DNA of 45,847 nt from a virus, in UHGV virus genome UHGV-0097969. One strand, given 5' to 3'. The translations under genes were made by a program, and so were the position numbers. Below are positions 29,696 to 38,203 of the stretch, piece by piece. A model generated the notes under the pieces. That model saw only the letters and a list, made by a program, of their open reading frames with translations. It had not been told where the DNA came from and ran no database searches. Each line of letters begins with the position of its first letter. Position 1 is the stretch's first letter.

Positions 29696-29850
29696 TTAGA
29701 AGCCACCTTGTTCAATTTCCGGCGACAAGACACGCAATCATCAGGACTCTCAAAAGTGTCTGGCTCACGGTAATCACCAAAATACATCCAACGGCCGCAA
29801 ATGCTGGTTACTTCACCTTCATTAAAATAATGATGTTTATTCGCCTTCAT
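29692..29850 (-). CDS. small Cys-containing protein (zinc-ribbon-like?)
   Basis: Internal Met of track ORF 29692-29946; CxxC-like pairs. Confidence 0.25.
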   Translation of the reverse strand: MKANKHHYFNEGEVTSICGRWMYFGDYREPDTFESPDDCVSCRRKLNKVASK

Positions 29851-29879
29851 TGGCCTGACCCATCCGGCATTTTTCTTGC

Positions 29880-30245
29880 TCACTTCAACTCCTCCCGACG
29901 ACGTTCCTGAAGCTCTAGCATTGCGGCTCGGAAATCCTGCCACCATTCCTCATCTGCAACGGGGGTGTTTCGCTCCAGCACCTTGTCCGCATCAGCGATC
30001 AGGTTTGCCAGACTCTTGTCTGAAATCTTCGTTACCGGAGTCGTTGGTTGCTCAACCTGCCCGATAGGTTTTATCGTGCTCAAAAGGAGGCGACGGCTGG
30101 AAAGTGGCGACCCACAACGGCGCCCATCTTCCTTGCGATATGTTTCTTTCGGACCAACACACCAGGTTGTCGGCGTTTCGCGTAACTTCACTTTTTTCTC
30201 ACCATCAATGGTGATGATTATTCCGGTATGGGTTTTGATGCTCAT
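29880..30245 (-). CDS. hypothetical protein
   Basis: 121-aa ORF, 4-nt overlap with upstream gene. Confidence 0.35.
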   Translation of the reverse strand: MSIKTHTGIIITIDGEKKVKLRETPTTWCVGPKETYRKEDGRRCGSPLSSRRLLLSTIKPIGQVEQPTTPVTKISDKSLANLIADADKVLERNTPVADEEWWQDFRAAMLELQERRREELK

Positions 30246-30544
30246 GCCACAGCCCCTCTCAACGGCTTAACTTTGGCTAATAAGGTGTTAAACAACATGG
30301 AGTTAGGATTCATGCCAAATGGCAATTCCGGTTTAGCGGAGTAGTACAGGCAACCATTTATTTTCCTGGTTGTTATCTGTCCTTCGGCAACCATGCTTCT
30401 CAGTCTGCAACGCATAGAGTTCTGCGACACACCAATGTGCTCCGCGATTACGTCCACTTTTGAACATGGGTGATCGGTCAGGAAATTAATCACATCTTGG
30501 GGGTTAATAATTTTGCGTTTCATTGTCGAGGCGTCCTTATACAT
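30242..30544 (-). CDS. putative winged-helix DNA-binding protein
   Basis: 100 aa; AT-rich octamer motif directly upstream (30541-30562). Confidence 0.4.
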   Translation of the reverse strand: MYKDASTMKRKIINPQDVINFLTDHPCSKVDVIAEHIGVSQNSMRCRLRSMVAEGQITTRKINGCLYYSAKPELPFGMNPNSMLFNTLLAKVKPLRGAVA

Positions 30545-30592
30545 TTATATAATTCTATATACAGCGGGAGACATCCCGCCGTAGGCTTACTG

Positions 30593-31660
30593 TCAGGCTT
30601 TCAATAGCGATTCTTTCAGATATCGGGCATCAGCCAGGGCGTTTGGAGTAATCTTGCGAACCCATGCATTACGGGTTGGACTCCACTTAAAGGCGCGTGA
30701 TTTAAGCAGCGAACGAATGTTTGCCTCTGGTTTGCCAGGGAAATAAAACAGGATGCGGTTATCCTCTGGATCTATCTCCATAGAAAAGCCGTCGTATTCT
30801 TCGCGCTGTGCTCCTGTTACAGACTTGACCGATTCAAGCTCCTTAATACGGCTCTGTAGTCGTTTGATTTCGGCGTTATTGTTGCTCAGTGCGTATGAAG
30901 GGAATCCGATGCGCCCACAGAAATCTCCGGCCAGTAACTCTTTGGCTTCGCTTTCTGTAAACCTGAGATCGATTAATGCAGAAAGCTGCTGTATTTGGTC
31001 TTTTTTGTATTTGCGAATGGCCTTATTTGCGGCCTTCATTTTGACGTGTGACTTCATGCAGCCTTGCAGCTTACGAAGCAACTTAAATAGCGCATCAGGA
31101 TCATCAGACGAAATTCCATTACGACCAACACCTGCGGCTTTGCTCTCGTAGTGTGATGCTTTACTTTCGCATTCAACAAACGCTTTTCTGAATAACGCAT
31201 CAGCTTTAGACAAACGGCGGCGATGGCCTTTCGCGCTATAATGGTCAACTAAAATCGGCTGGCCTAACGGGATCACATCCAACAGGTCATGCGCTCGCTT
31301 ATGCGCTACCGCACCTTCTTTTCTGGCTTTTTCTGCACGAGCAATATATCGGGCAAGACGCGCGTTCTGGCGTTCCTGATAGGTGTTTACGTAATCATCT
31401 CCGCGCTGCTGCTGTTCAAGCCATGCTTTGCGCAGATCTTCTGTTACGTCCACCAGCTCCGCAGGGATACAACCTGTTTGGGCTTCATAAGAGTAACCAT
31501 CCTCATAGATGCGCCCATCGTCTTCAACAAAGAAAAAGGTTTCGTGCTCATCGCTTTTGACCATACGACCATTAACATGGCGTAATAGGTAGCCAGTATC
31601 AGTGCTCAACAGGCTGTTAGGGTTGTTGATCCAGTCAGAAATAATTACTTGTTTATTCAT
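30593..31660 (-). CDS. DUF3560-like protein, first gene after repeat cassette b
   Basis: ATG at 31660 (MNKQVIISDW...); motif ...IPLGQPILVDHYSAKGHRRR... resembles DUF3560; the track N-terminal extension is the translated repeat. Confidence 0.5.
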   Translation of the reverse strand: MNKQVIISDWINNPNSLLSTDTGYLLRHVNGRMVKSDEHETFFFVEDDGRIYEDGYSYEAQTGCIPAELVDVTEDLRKAWLEQQQRGDDYVNTYQERQNARLARYIARAEKARKEGAVAHKRAHDLLDVIPLGQPILVDHYSAKGHRRRLSKADALFRKAFVECESKASHYESKAAGVGRNGISSDDPDALFKLLRKLQGCMKSHVKMKAANKAIRKYKKDQIQQLSALIDLRFTESEAKELLAGDFCGRIGFPSYALSNNNAEIKRLQSRIKELESVKSVTGAQREEYDGFSMEIDPEDNRILFYFPGKPEANIRSLLKSRAFKWSPTRNAWVRKITPNALADARYLKESLLKA

Positions 31661-31666
31661 CAGATT

Positions 31667-31768
31667 TCTCCGGTTTAACCAGGGCGGGTATCGCTCGGTT
31701 TCGGGTATAACCTTAGGAAATTTTTTCCCACCTGTAAAGCACTTTTTATATAAATCTATAATTATATA
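31667..31768 (-). promoter_or_regulatory. conserved promoter/leader cassette, copy b (P_R'-like position after the Q-like gene)
   Basis: Near-identical to copies a and c; lies about 60 bp downstream of the Q-like stop. Confidence 0.5.
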
Positions 31769-31830
31769 TTTATAGATTTTCCGATATTCCCGATGCCTAC
31801 AAATCACCAAAACAGCTCAAAATGACACTT

Positions 31831-32208
31831 TCACTCTCTTCGTTTTTTCAAATAGTCGACAACATACGCCCTGGCTTTTGCCAGCTTCCGGCGATACTGT
31901 CTGAGACTAAGAGAAAGGGCGTGGGCTTTATCAATATGCGGTGCATTTATGTCGAGGCCCCGAATCTCCCACGCCCCGTATTCAATTCTGACAACCAGCG
32001 CCGCAGTCTCATCAACTACCGTGAGGGCCGTCACCGCTCCCTCGATACTGGTTTCCAGTGAGTCATTTGGTGCGCCGCCCCCTCCAGTAAACTGGCAGCG
32101 CGTAACCATCATCATTTCTAACATCGACGCGAAACCGCTACGGGCGTTGCAGCCATTGCGCACCCACAGCGCCCATAGCTCAAACAAGCTATCCAGATCG
32201 CGTCTCAC
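31831..32208 (-). CDS. late-gene antiterminator, Q-like
   Basis: 125 aa; N-terminal ...LFELWALWVRNG... resembles the P22 gp23/Q-like WGAW region; sits upstream of a late-promoter-like cassette. Confidence 0.45.
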   Translation of the reverse strand: MRRDLDSLFELWALWVRNGCNARSGFASMLEMMMVTRCQFTGGGGAPNDSLETSIEGAVTALTVVDETAALVVRIEYGAWEIRGLDINAPHIDKAHALSLSLRQYRRKLAKARAYVVDYLKKRRE

Positions 32209-32211
32209 TGT

Positions 32212-32544
32212 TCAGATCTCCCGTATCGTGACGGGATAAAGCGCCTCTACCTGCTTTTTCTTCATGATGTAGACGTCTGTTCGCACACCTTTAGTGTCGA
32301 CACAATCAATCGTCCCATCGTCATAAAACACCATGAAATCAAGTTTATAAACGACACCACCTGGCAGATGAAAAGGCACCTGCATAAGAAACGTCACAAC
32401 GCGGCCAGCTTTTCTCAGTAGCTTCAGTTCGCAGTAGTAATCAGCCTCTTTTTTGCTATCAAAAGCGATATCATCGACAACCGTTTTTTTATTGCCGTAT
32501 TTGCTTTTCCTTGTCGCTGGTTTGCGAAAGCCGGTATATCTCAT
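32212..32544 (-). CDS. DUF1064-like phage protein
   Basis: ...KYGNKKTVVDDIAFDSKKEADYYCELKLL... matches the DUF1064 signature. Confidence 0.55.
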   Translation of the reverse strand: MRYTGFRKPATRKSKYGNKKTVVDDIAFDSKKEADYYCELKLLRKAGRVVTFLMQVPFHLPGGVVYKLDFMVFYDDGTIDCVDTKGVRTDVYIMKKKQVEALYPVTIREI

Positions 32545-32945
32545 TTGGTATCCCCTGGTACTTCACCAAGACTAAGATCAAACCCAATTTCGTCTTTAAC
32601 TGACTGCGGCAACAGCTCCCACGTCTGCGCACACAAAAATTCATCTGTGCCATAACGCTCAACAAAGCGAGCACAATTACTCAGGGGAGGGTGACGAACG
32701 GCAATATGCGGAGGCACGCGCCCACCACCAGGCACAACACCGCGATGATGTGGTGCGCACAACCCAAAGCTATGGAAATGGCAATTCTCATCAACGCTGC
32801 CGTAATCAGGATCGTGATGTAGCTCCGTCCACAGCTCTGGATTCTCAATTTCACGGCCATCAATAATGCAAGCTATGCAACCCACGTGAGTGAGCACCGC
32901 TTGTATATAAAGTTTCTCTTTCTTCGTTGGTGTACGTCCGTTCAT
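32541..32945 (-). CDS. Cys/His-rich protein, possible HNH-like nuclease fold
   Basis: ...LHHDPDYGSVDENCHFHSFGLCAPHH... Confidence 0.3.
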   Translation of the reverse strand: MNGRTPTKKEKLYIQAVLTHVGCIACIIDGREIENPELWTELHHDPDYGSVDENCHFHSFGLCAPHHRGVVPGGGRVPPHIAVRHPPLSNCARFVERYGTDEFLCAQTWELLPQSVKDEIGFDLSLGEVPGDTK

Positions 32946-33178
32946 CAGCGCCCCTTACCATTGATAAAGAGGTTGAACTCGTTGATTAACTGGACATACA
33001 TGCTTCTGGCCGCGTAGTTCTTTGCCAGCTCTTTACGGGATGAGATCCCGCAAAACTCACGCAGAATCACAGAGGCCTCAGAACTGTTTGAAACGTTCTT
33101 CCCTGTTTTACTGGTCAGAAAGCACCAGAATTGGGGATTCTGGCAATGCATCGCAGCACCGCGAACATAACTACTCAT
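32945..33178 (-). CDS. hypothetical protein
   Basis: 77-aa ORF coupled to neighbours. Confidence 0.3.
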   Translation of the reverse strand: MSSYVRGAAMHCQNPQFWCFLTSKTGKNVSNSSEASVILREFCGISSRKELAKNYAARSMYVQLINEFNLFINGKGR

Positions 33179-33690
33179 TGATGGCCCCCGTCATTTCTGG
33201 TGCTTTTCACCGTGCGGCTTCTTAAAAACCTGCCATCACGAACAACAGACACATCTCGTTTACCCATCCTCATTTCACGGCGGTAACATTCAGAAAATGC
33301 CTCGTCCGGCATCATATAAATGCGACGCTTCGCCTCCGTATCCAGAAGGGAACGGCTTGGGGTTACATATAAAAACGACTCATCAATAGGGACAAAACCA
33401 CGAGCAAGAATTGCTGGCAGAATGCCAGGAAGAACGCAGAAAACAGCTCCACGATGCAGCAACATCTGGTACTCCATGACCTCCGTTATCCCCGTGACTA
33501 CTGTTACGGTGTCACGTCTGTTACGGCTGGCAACCAGTCGCTGCACACGTCCAATTTTCTGATCTACAGATAGATGTTTGCTATCGTTATCAATATGATC
33601 GATAACAAACCCTTTAATCGTTTGATCAAGGTAGTGCACCACCTTCGATTGAATCTGGTGATTATCACCAAAGAAGGCCAGAATCATCAT
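33175..33690 (-). CDS. hypothetical protein
   Basis: 171-aa ORF, 4-nt overlap with the Cro-like gene. Confidence 0.4.
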   Translation of the reverse strand: MMILAFFGDNHQIQSKVVHYLDQTIKGFVIDHIDNDSKHLSVDQKIGRVQRLVASRNRRDTVTVVTGITEVMEYQMLLHRGAVFCVLPGILPAILARGFVPIDESFLYVTPSRSLLDTEAKRRIYMMPDEAFSECYRREMRMGKRDVSVVRDGRFLRSRTVKSTRNDGGHQ

Positions 33691-34181
33691 TCCTCAAGCC
33701 TCCCAAGTGCTGAACGCCGGGCGTTGCTAATCTCCTTATGAATCAGCTCGATATCGCTGGAATCTTTATTCTTAAACTCCAGCATGGCAATCGCATCACG
33801 AACCTCTGAAACGGTTACGTGTGAGTGTTTCCAGCGAGCAATGAATCGCGGACCGCGTAGATTGCAACGCTCCGCAGGCATCCCCAGCTCAGAGAAAACC
33901 GCTTTCAGCCTTGATAAGCAGTTAACAGGGAGATTCCCTTTGATCTTGTTCTGCCGAACCGATGTGCCATCGCTACGCTGGCGCTGACGTTCGGCAAAAT
34001 CTGCCGCCCATTGCTGGACGTTAATCCGGCCTTCCGAATACGCCACCAGCAGCGTCAGGTTATCCGCACGAGGGAATCTCTCGAAGCGATACCAGGCACC
34101 AATCAGTGATGACGTAAAGCCAAACTTTCTGGCAACACCAATTTGGCCTCCATTCTCGTCAACCCACTCCTGAAAGGTCAT
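33687..34181 (-). CDS. Cro-like HTH regulator with C-terminal extension
   Basis: ATG at 34181 with GGAG upstream; Cro/YdaS-like N-terminus; divergent from the CI-like repressor. Confidence 0.5.
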   Translation of the reverse strand: MTFQEWVDENGGQIGVARKFGFTSSLIGAWYRFERFPRADNLTLLVAYSEGRINVQQWAADFAERQRQRSDGTSVRQNKIKGNLPVNCLSRLKAVFSELGMPAERCNLRGPRFIARWKHSHVTVSEVRDAIAMLEFKNKDSSDIELIHKEISNARRSALGRLEE

Positions 34182-34199
34182 TTAACGAACTCCAGTCAA

Positions 34200-34317
34200 A
34201 CCACGATATGTGGTATTAAAACCACATATCGTGAGTTTTTCAATGGGCGAAACAAAAAATAACCTTCTATTTGTGGTCCACCTCTCGTCTTACCATGTGA
34301 AAACCACTAAATGTGGT
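34200..34317. promoter_or_regulatory. operator cluster ACCAC-N5-GTGGT in the divergent immunity promoter region
   Basis: Perfect sites ACCACGATATGTGGT (34200-34214) and ACCACTAAATGTGGT (34303-34317), partial sites at 34221-34233 and 34272-34280. Confidence 0.55.
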
Positions 34318-34354
34318 AATGTATAAATAACCCACCATTCACGATTGATGAGAC

Positions 34355-35011
34355 ATGAAAAGCAACGACGAGAACATCAAGAAAGAAATAGGTCTGCGCA
34401 TTCAGACTCTACGGAAACAATCCGGCATGACTGCCGGAGATCTCCAGCAAGTCACTGGAATAGGCTTAAGCACCTTGCAGAACTATGAGGCCGGATTAAG
34501 ACAACCATCTATACCTGCCATCAAGAAAATCGCGCACGCCCTGAAAGCATCAGCGCCTTATATCGCGTGCTTAACAGATAACCCGTTCCCACCCCAGAAT
34601 ACTAACGCTCCTGTTATTCCTGGGCTTGTAGCTATAAAAAATGACATAGCATCGCACGCCGGAGAAAAGCCAGTGCTGGCGATAGAACAGGAGATTCTAC
34701 GAAGCAAGAACATCAACCCATCGTCTCTGTCAGTTCTCCAGAGCAACGATGAGTTAATGTCACCAACAATATCCCCAGGCTCCCAAGTCCTGATTAATAC
34801 AGACGATACAGAGATTCATGAGGGGATCTATGCCCTTGAAGACAGAAATGGCCTGGTTGTTTTGAGGCACTGTAGAGTCATACCGGGTGACAATGCTGTT
34901 ATGCTGTCAACCGAAAGGGATGCTGAAATGAACACTAAGCATCTGAATAACGAGGAATTTAAGCGTTATAAAGTTCTGGGCCGCGTAGTTAGTGTTGTCA
35001 ACTGGTTATGA
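34355..35011 (+). CDS. CI-like repressor (HTH plus S24/LexA-like C-terminal domain)
   Basis: HTH ...QSGMTAGDLQQVTGIGLSTLQNYEAG...; C-terminal domain of LexA/CI type. Confidence 0.8.
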   Translation: MKSNDENIKKEIGLRIQTLRKQSGMTAGDLQQVTGIGLSTLQNYEAGLRQPSIPAIKKIAHALKASAPYIACLTDNPFPPQNTNAPVIPGLVAIKNDIASHAGEKPVLAIEQEILRSKNINPSSLSVLQSNDELMSPTISPGSQVLINTDDTEIHEGIYALEDRNGLVVLRHCRVIPGDNAVMLSTERDAEMNTKHLNNEEFKRYKVLGRVVSVVNWL

Positions 35012-35103
35012 TACACAGCACGGCGAAAGCCGTGCATTTCTACGCTCAAAAAAACCACGCTTTGTGGTTTTGACAACATGTGAAAGTATAAAAGAGGCTA
35101 CGC

Positions 35104-35478
35104 ATGGAATTACATACAGCCAATAAAAACGAAACTCTGATCACTGCTGGAATCGAAATCCAAGCGTTGAACATAGCGATTGAGTGTATGTTATGCCAAA
35201 TCATTGATAATGAGAAAGATATCGACTGGATAGAATCTATCCTTCATCTGGCATCAGAACAAAAAGTCTGCCTCAAAACGGCCTTACAATACGATGTGCC
35301 AGCGGTATCGAAGCTGTGCCAGCCATTGATGGCATATAACAGGGCTATTATTTCTGTATGCCTCATGATTCTCGATGAAAACACCCCTCTTAGCGACCGC
35401 TCAGAAGCTGCTCTAACCCTCTCACGTAAACAGCGACAGCTAGCAAATCAACTGATATCAACGATAGCTGACCTCTGA
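35104..35478 (+). CDS. hypothetical protein downstream of the repressor
   Basis: AAGAGG 6 nt upstream of ATG; hairpin GCGGGC-taac-GCCCGC after the stop. Confidence 0.4.
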   Translation: MELHTANKNETLITAGIEIQALNIAIECMLCQIIDNEKDIDWIESILHLASEQKVCLKTALQYDVPAVSKLCQPLMAYNRAIISVCLMILDENTPLSDRSEAALTLSRKQRQLANQLISTIADL

Positions 35479-35500
35479 CTGCAAGCGGGCTAACGCCCGC

Positions 35501-35606
35501 TTATATGATTATAGATTTATATAATTATATAAAACACTTTTCATCAGCCAAAAAGTTGGTTATGCTTACCTCGTTCTATAAATATAGATTTATAGAATTA
35601 TATAAC
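35501..35606. repeat. AT-rich octamer arrays upstream of parA (candidate centromere/operator)
   Basis: ttatatga ttatagat ttatataa ttatataa at 35501-35532 and tatagatttatagaattatataa at 35580-35606; similar array at 36281-36314. Confidence 0.45.
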
Positions 35607-35613
35607 CAAACAC

Positions 35614-36282
35614 ATGGAGTCTCGACAAATGACTATCTCTGTAGGTATTTTCAACGGAAAAGGCGGCGTAACCAAATCAACAATTGCCCGTGCTTTAGCA
35701 GTTGCTTATGCAAAGGCCGGCTGGAATGTATGCCTGATCGATATGGATGTGCTTAACGGAACGGTAACGCGTTGGGTACAACGCAGAATGGCCAACAATA
35801 TCGAACCTGCAATCGCGGCGCAGCCGTGCGGCACACCATCACAAGTCCAGAAAATCATCGAATCAGAAGTATACGACCTGGTTATCGTCGATGGCGGTGC
35901 CTACGCATCTGAATCAGTACCGAAGCTCTCTGAATTTCTGGATATGGTTATTTTGCCAACCAGATTCTCTACCGATGACCTGGAAACCACCGTTAACACA
36001 GCTCATGGCATCGTTAAAAAGGGTGTGCCAATCAAGAAAATTTGCATGGTGTTCTCAGGCGCGGCTGAAAACGAAGCCGACTACATTGAAGCCCAAGAGT
36101 ACCTGGCTAATACGCCATACTTTGTTGTCGATAAGTACATTCCCCACAAGCCAGCTCTGAGCAAAGCTCAGGATAAGGGCTTAAGCCTCATTGAGTGCTC
36201 ATACGTTGCGCCACGCAAAAAGGCAGACGACGTTATTCAGGGGATTATCAACCAGCTTGAGGCTCTGACTACTGCCGCGTAA
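35614..36282 (+). CDS. parA: ParA/ParF-type partition ATPase (type Ib)
   Basis: Deviant Walker A GIFNGKGGVTKST; about 220 aa; probable true start ATG at 35629 with GGAG upstream. Confidence 0.85.
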   Translation: MESRQMTISVGIFNGKGGVTKSTIARALAVAYAKAGWNVCLIDMDVLNGTVTRWVQRRMANNIEPAIAAQPCGTPSQVQKIIESEVYDLVIVDGGAYASESVPKLSEFLDMVILPTRFSTDDLETTVNTAHGIVKKGVPIKKICMVFSGAAENEADYIEAQEYLANTPYFVVDKYIPHKPALSKAQDKGLSLIECSYVAPRKKADDVIQGIINQLEALTTAA

Positions 36283-36325
36283 TATATAATTATAGTTTTA
36301 TAGATTTATATAAGAGGGGATACAC

Positions 36326-36574
36326 ATGGCCGCACCATCAAAACCACCAAAGAAGAACAGCAAAGGCGTACCGCCATCGATCGAACAACCGCAGGTTTTC
36401 GACCCGACTGAAACGCCAACCAGAACCAAATCAGGTGGGGCACAAATGGCGTTTAACGTCGACCCTGAATTTAAACGTGAGTACAAAACATTCGCCAGCT
36501 CAATGGATATGTCATTGAAAGAAGTGCTGACAAAATCTTTTGAGTTACTCAAGGCTCAATACAACCAGAAGTAA
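36326..36574 (+). CDS. ParG-like ribbon-helix-helix centromere-binding protein
   Basis: 82 aa; flexible basic N-terminus then RHH-like ...QMAFNVDPEFKREYKTFASSMDMSLKEVLTKSFELL; immediately after parA. Confidence 0.55.
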   Translation: MAAPSKPPKKNSKGVPPSIEQPQVFDPTETPTRTKSGGAQMAFNVDPEFKREYKTFASSMDMSLKEVLTKSFELLKAQYNQK

Positions 36575-36639
36575 GAGAAGGTGACGGCCTCCAGCGCCAA
36601 CTGTTGGCCGTCGCGACACAACAAGGGGAATTTGTTATG

Positions 36640-36786
36640 TCCGAACAACAATATACACGGTTACTGAAAACTCGTCTAACCGACCTCAAACGGCTGCAAG
36701 CTGGTTGCTTATTTGCCCTGCTATCTACCAGACCAGAATGGGTACGTGAAGCAGTTCTGAAAGGCTTAATGCGCTCCAGCGTTTAA
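36640..36786 (+). CDS. hypothetical small protein
   Basis: ATG with AAGGGGAA upstream (track ORF starts 36604). Confidence 0.3.
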   Translation, partial: SEQQYTRLLKTRLTDLKRLQAGCLFALLSTRPEWVREAVLKGLMRSSV

Positions 36787-36795
36787 ATTCAACCA

Positions 36796-36819
36796 TAAAA
36801 AAGGCCCCCGAAGGGGCCT
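36796..36819 (-). terminator. intrinsic terminator between convergent units
   Basis: AGGCCCC-cgaa-GGGGCCT stem with T-run on the minus strand. Confidence 0.5.
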
Positions 36820-36824
36820 AATCG

Positions 36825-36947
36825 CTACTTGCTGCTAATGTTTATCGTCACATTCAGAGCGTTATCAGTAATCTTCCAACCCTCCCCATGTGGCGTAAAC
36901 AAAGCTCCAGTAACAACGATAAAAATACACATGTAGTATTTTTTCAT
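36825..36947 (-). CDS. small hydrophobic peptide (40 aa), putative
   Basis: MKKYYMCIFIVVTGALFTPHG...; AAGGG SD; terminator directly after the stop. Confidence 0.3.
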   Translation of the reverse strand: MKKYYMCIFIVVTGALFTPHGEGWKITDNALNVTINISSK

Positions 36948-37261
36948 TGTGTGGCCCTTACAGGCCGTTTCACGGCATCCCCACCGACGAAAATGACGCG
37001 AGAGCAAGCACGCTGTTTGTGCCTGCGTGGTACGGCAAGTGGATAATCCTTTCCTGAAAGTCAGTGCCCGGGTGCGAATCGGCGGAAAGGCCCCAAGCCA
37101 TATTACACGTCATACCCTTCATAATGAAGGAATAAAAAACGCTTTTATTACATAAGATTACACGTAAATAAGTTAAAAACCTTCATTTTGCATGAGCTAA
37201 TGAGCTAAATTTTTTTATATGAATAGTGGACTATTCACCTCAGTTGGGTAAGAATGTAGTT

Positions 37262-37365
37262 GCTGTTTGTGCTTGCGTGGTTGTATTAGTACAACGACGT
37301 TATGCTGAAAGGACCGCGAATCCGATCAGCACGAAAGAACCGTCCTCAAAAGGACGGTTTTTTTG
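37262..37365 (+). ncRNA. candidate small RNA (about 100 nt)
   Basis: Promoter-like TGGACT-N17-AAGAAT (37227-37255), strong terminator ACCGTCCT-caaa-AGGACGGT plus T6 at 37339-37365; 3' end overlaps the stop of the convergent HTH gene. Confidence 0.35.
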
Positions 37366-37918
37366 TTTCTCCCCCTTCCTTCCCAAATGATTCAAATGTT
37401 AATGAGAGTGAATCATTTGATATGTTCGATTTAGCGCCGTTATCGACCCAATTTCTGTATGCTTCATCACAACAGTACCTTACAGCAGTTGGAATAACAG
37501 GAGAGCCGCCCAGAAATGAAAATCCCATTGAGCTTATGCTAATTCTTTCGAATGGCCTATTTCTCAATGCTTCAAATCCCTTGCTGTTGAAGTAACTCAG
37601 CATCAGAGGTAAAAGGTTATCCTCGTCTTGACTGATTGTTCCCGGGAAAAAGTAGTAACCATGGCGATTAAATTCGGGAATCAGTTTTTCTACCAACAAC
37701 ATGAAATTCATTGGGGTAATATTAAGGGCAGAGCAAGCACCAAAAAGAGCATCAACCGTTAATACAGACTGTCCGTTCTCTATCTTTGTCCATGCGTTTG
37801 GTGTTTTTCCAGCAGCTTGAGCCAGCACTCCTTGATGCACACCTCTTTCTAGCCTAAGTTCTTTTATGATCATTAGGTGGATTGTTGAAAAACATGAGTT
37901 TTTTGACGTTTCAGTCAT
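37346..37918 (-). CDS. HTH (XRE-type) regulator with C-terminal domain of unknown function
   Basis: Likely ATG at 37918 (track 37975); divergent from the antirepressor operon. Confidence 0.5.
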   Translation of the reverse strand: MTETSKNSCFSTIHLMIIKELRLERGVHQGVLAQAAGKTPNAWTKIENGQSVLTVDALFGACSALNITPMNFMLLVEKLIPEFNRHGYYFFPGTISQDEDNLLPLMLSYFNSKGFEALRNRPFERISISSMGFSFLGGSPVIPTAVRYCCDEAYRNWVDNGAKSNISNDSLSLTFESFGKEGGETKKPSF

Positions 37919-38056
37919 TTTTTTATCCCCATATTGAATTTTTTCCTTGTTCCCAACTTTAACAAAACACCACAACTCAGGATTGAGTCATTCCCTACAG
38001 GAACTATACATTCCCGTATTTGGTATATCAAGAAAATTAAAAGCTCGGCATTCAAA

Positions 38057-38071
38057 CCCACACTATGTGGT
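38057..38071. promoter_or_regulatory. operator-like site CCCAC-N5-GTGGT upstream of the antirepressor operon
   Basis: One mismatch to the ACCAC-N5-GTGGT sites at the cI/cro region; sits about 25 bp upstream of a TTGACA -35. Confidence 0.4.
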
Positions 38072-38094
38072 TTAGTCTGTTAAAATCCGCCGTA

Positions 38095-38203
38095 TTGACA
38101 TGAATGCGCCATTGGTGGACACTTTCCGAGCCGTAGCAAAATCTACGGTCGGGATTGGAACCCCGTAGACACAATGGCGCATACCGCGTTAGCGGTTTTT
38201 TTA
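38095..38203 (+). promoter_or_regulatory. promoter plus structured leader with intrinsic terminator (attenuator or small RNA) ahead of the antirepressor operon
   Basis: TTGACA at 38095-38100; hairpin CCGTAG-caaaat-CTACGG; long-range GCGCCATTG...CAATGGCGC; terminator ACCGC-gtta-GCGGT plus T7 at 38183-38202. Confidence 0.35.

Noticed and set aside
36825-36947. Small peptide as a Hok-family toxin
   Set aside because: It lacks the conserved Hok-type motif; kept only as a generic small hydrophobic peptide candidate.
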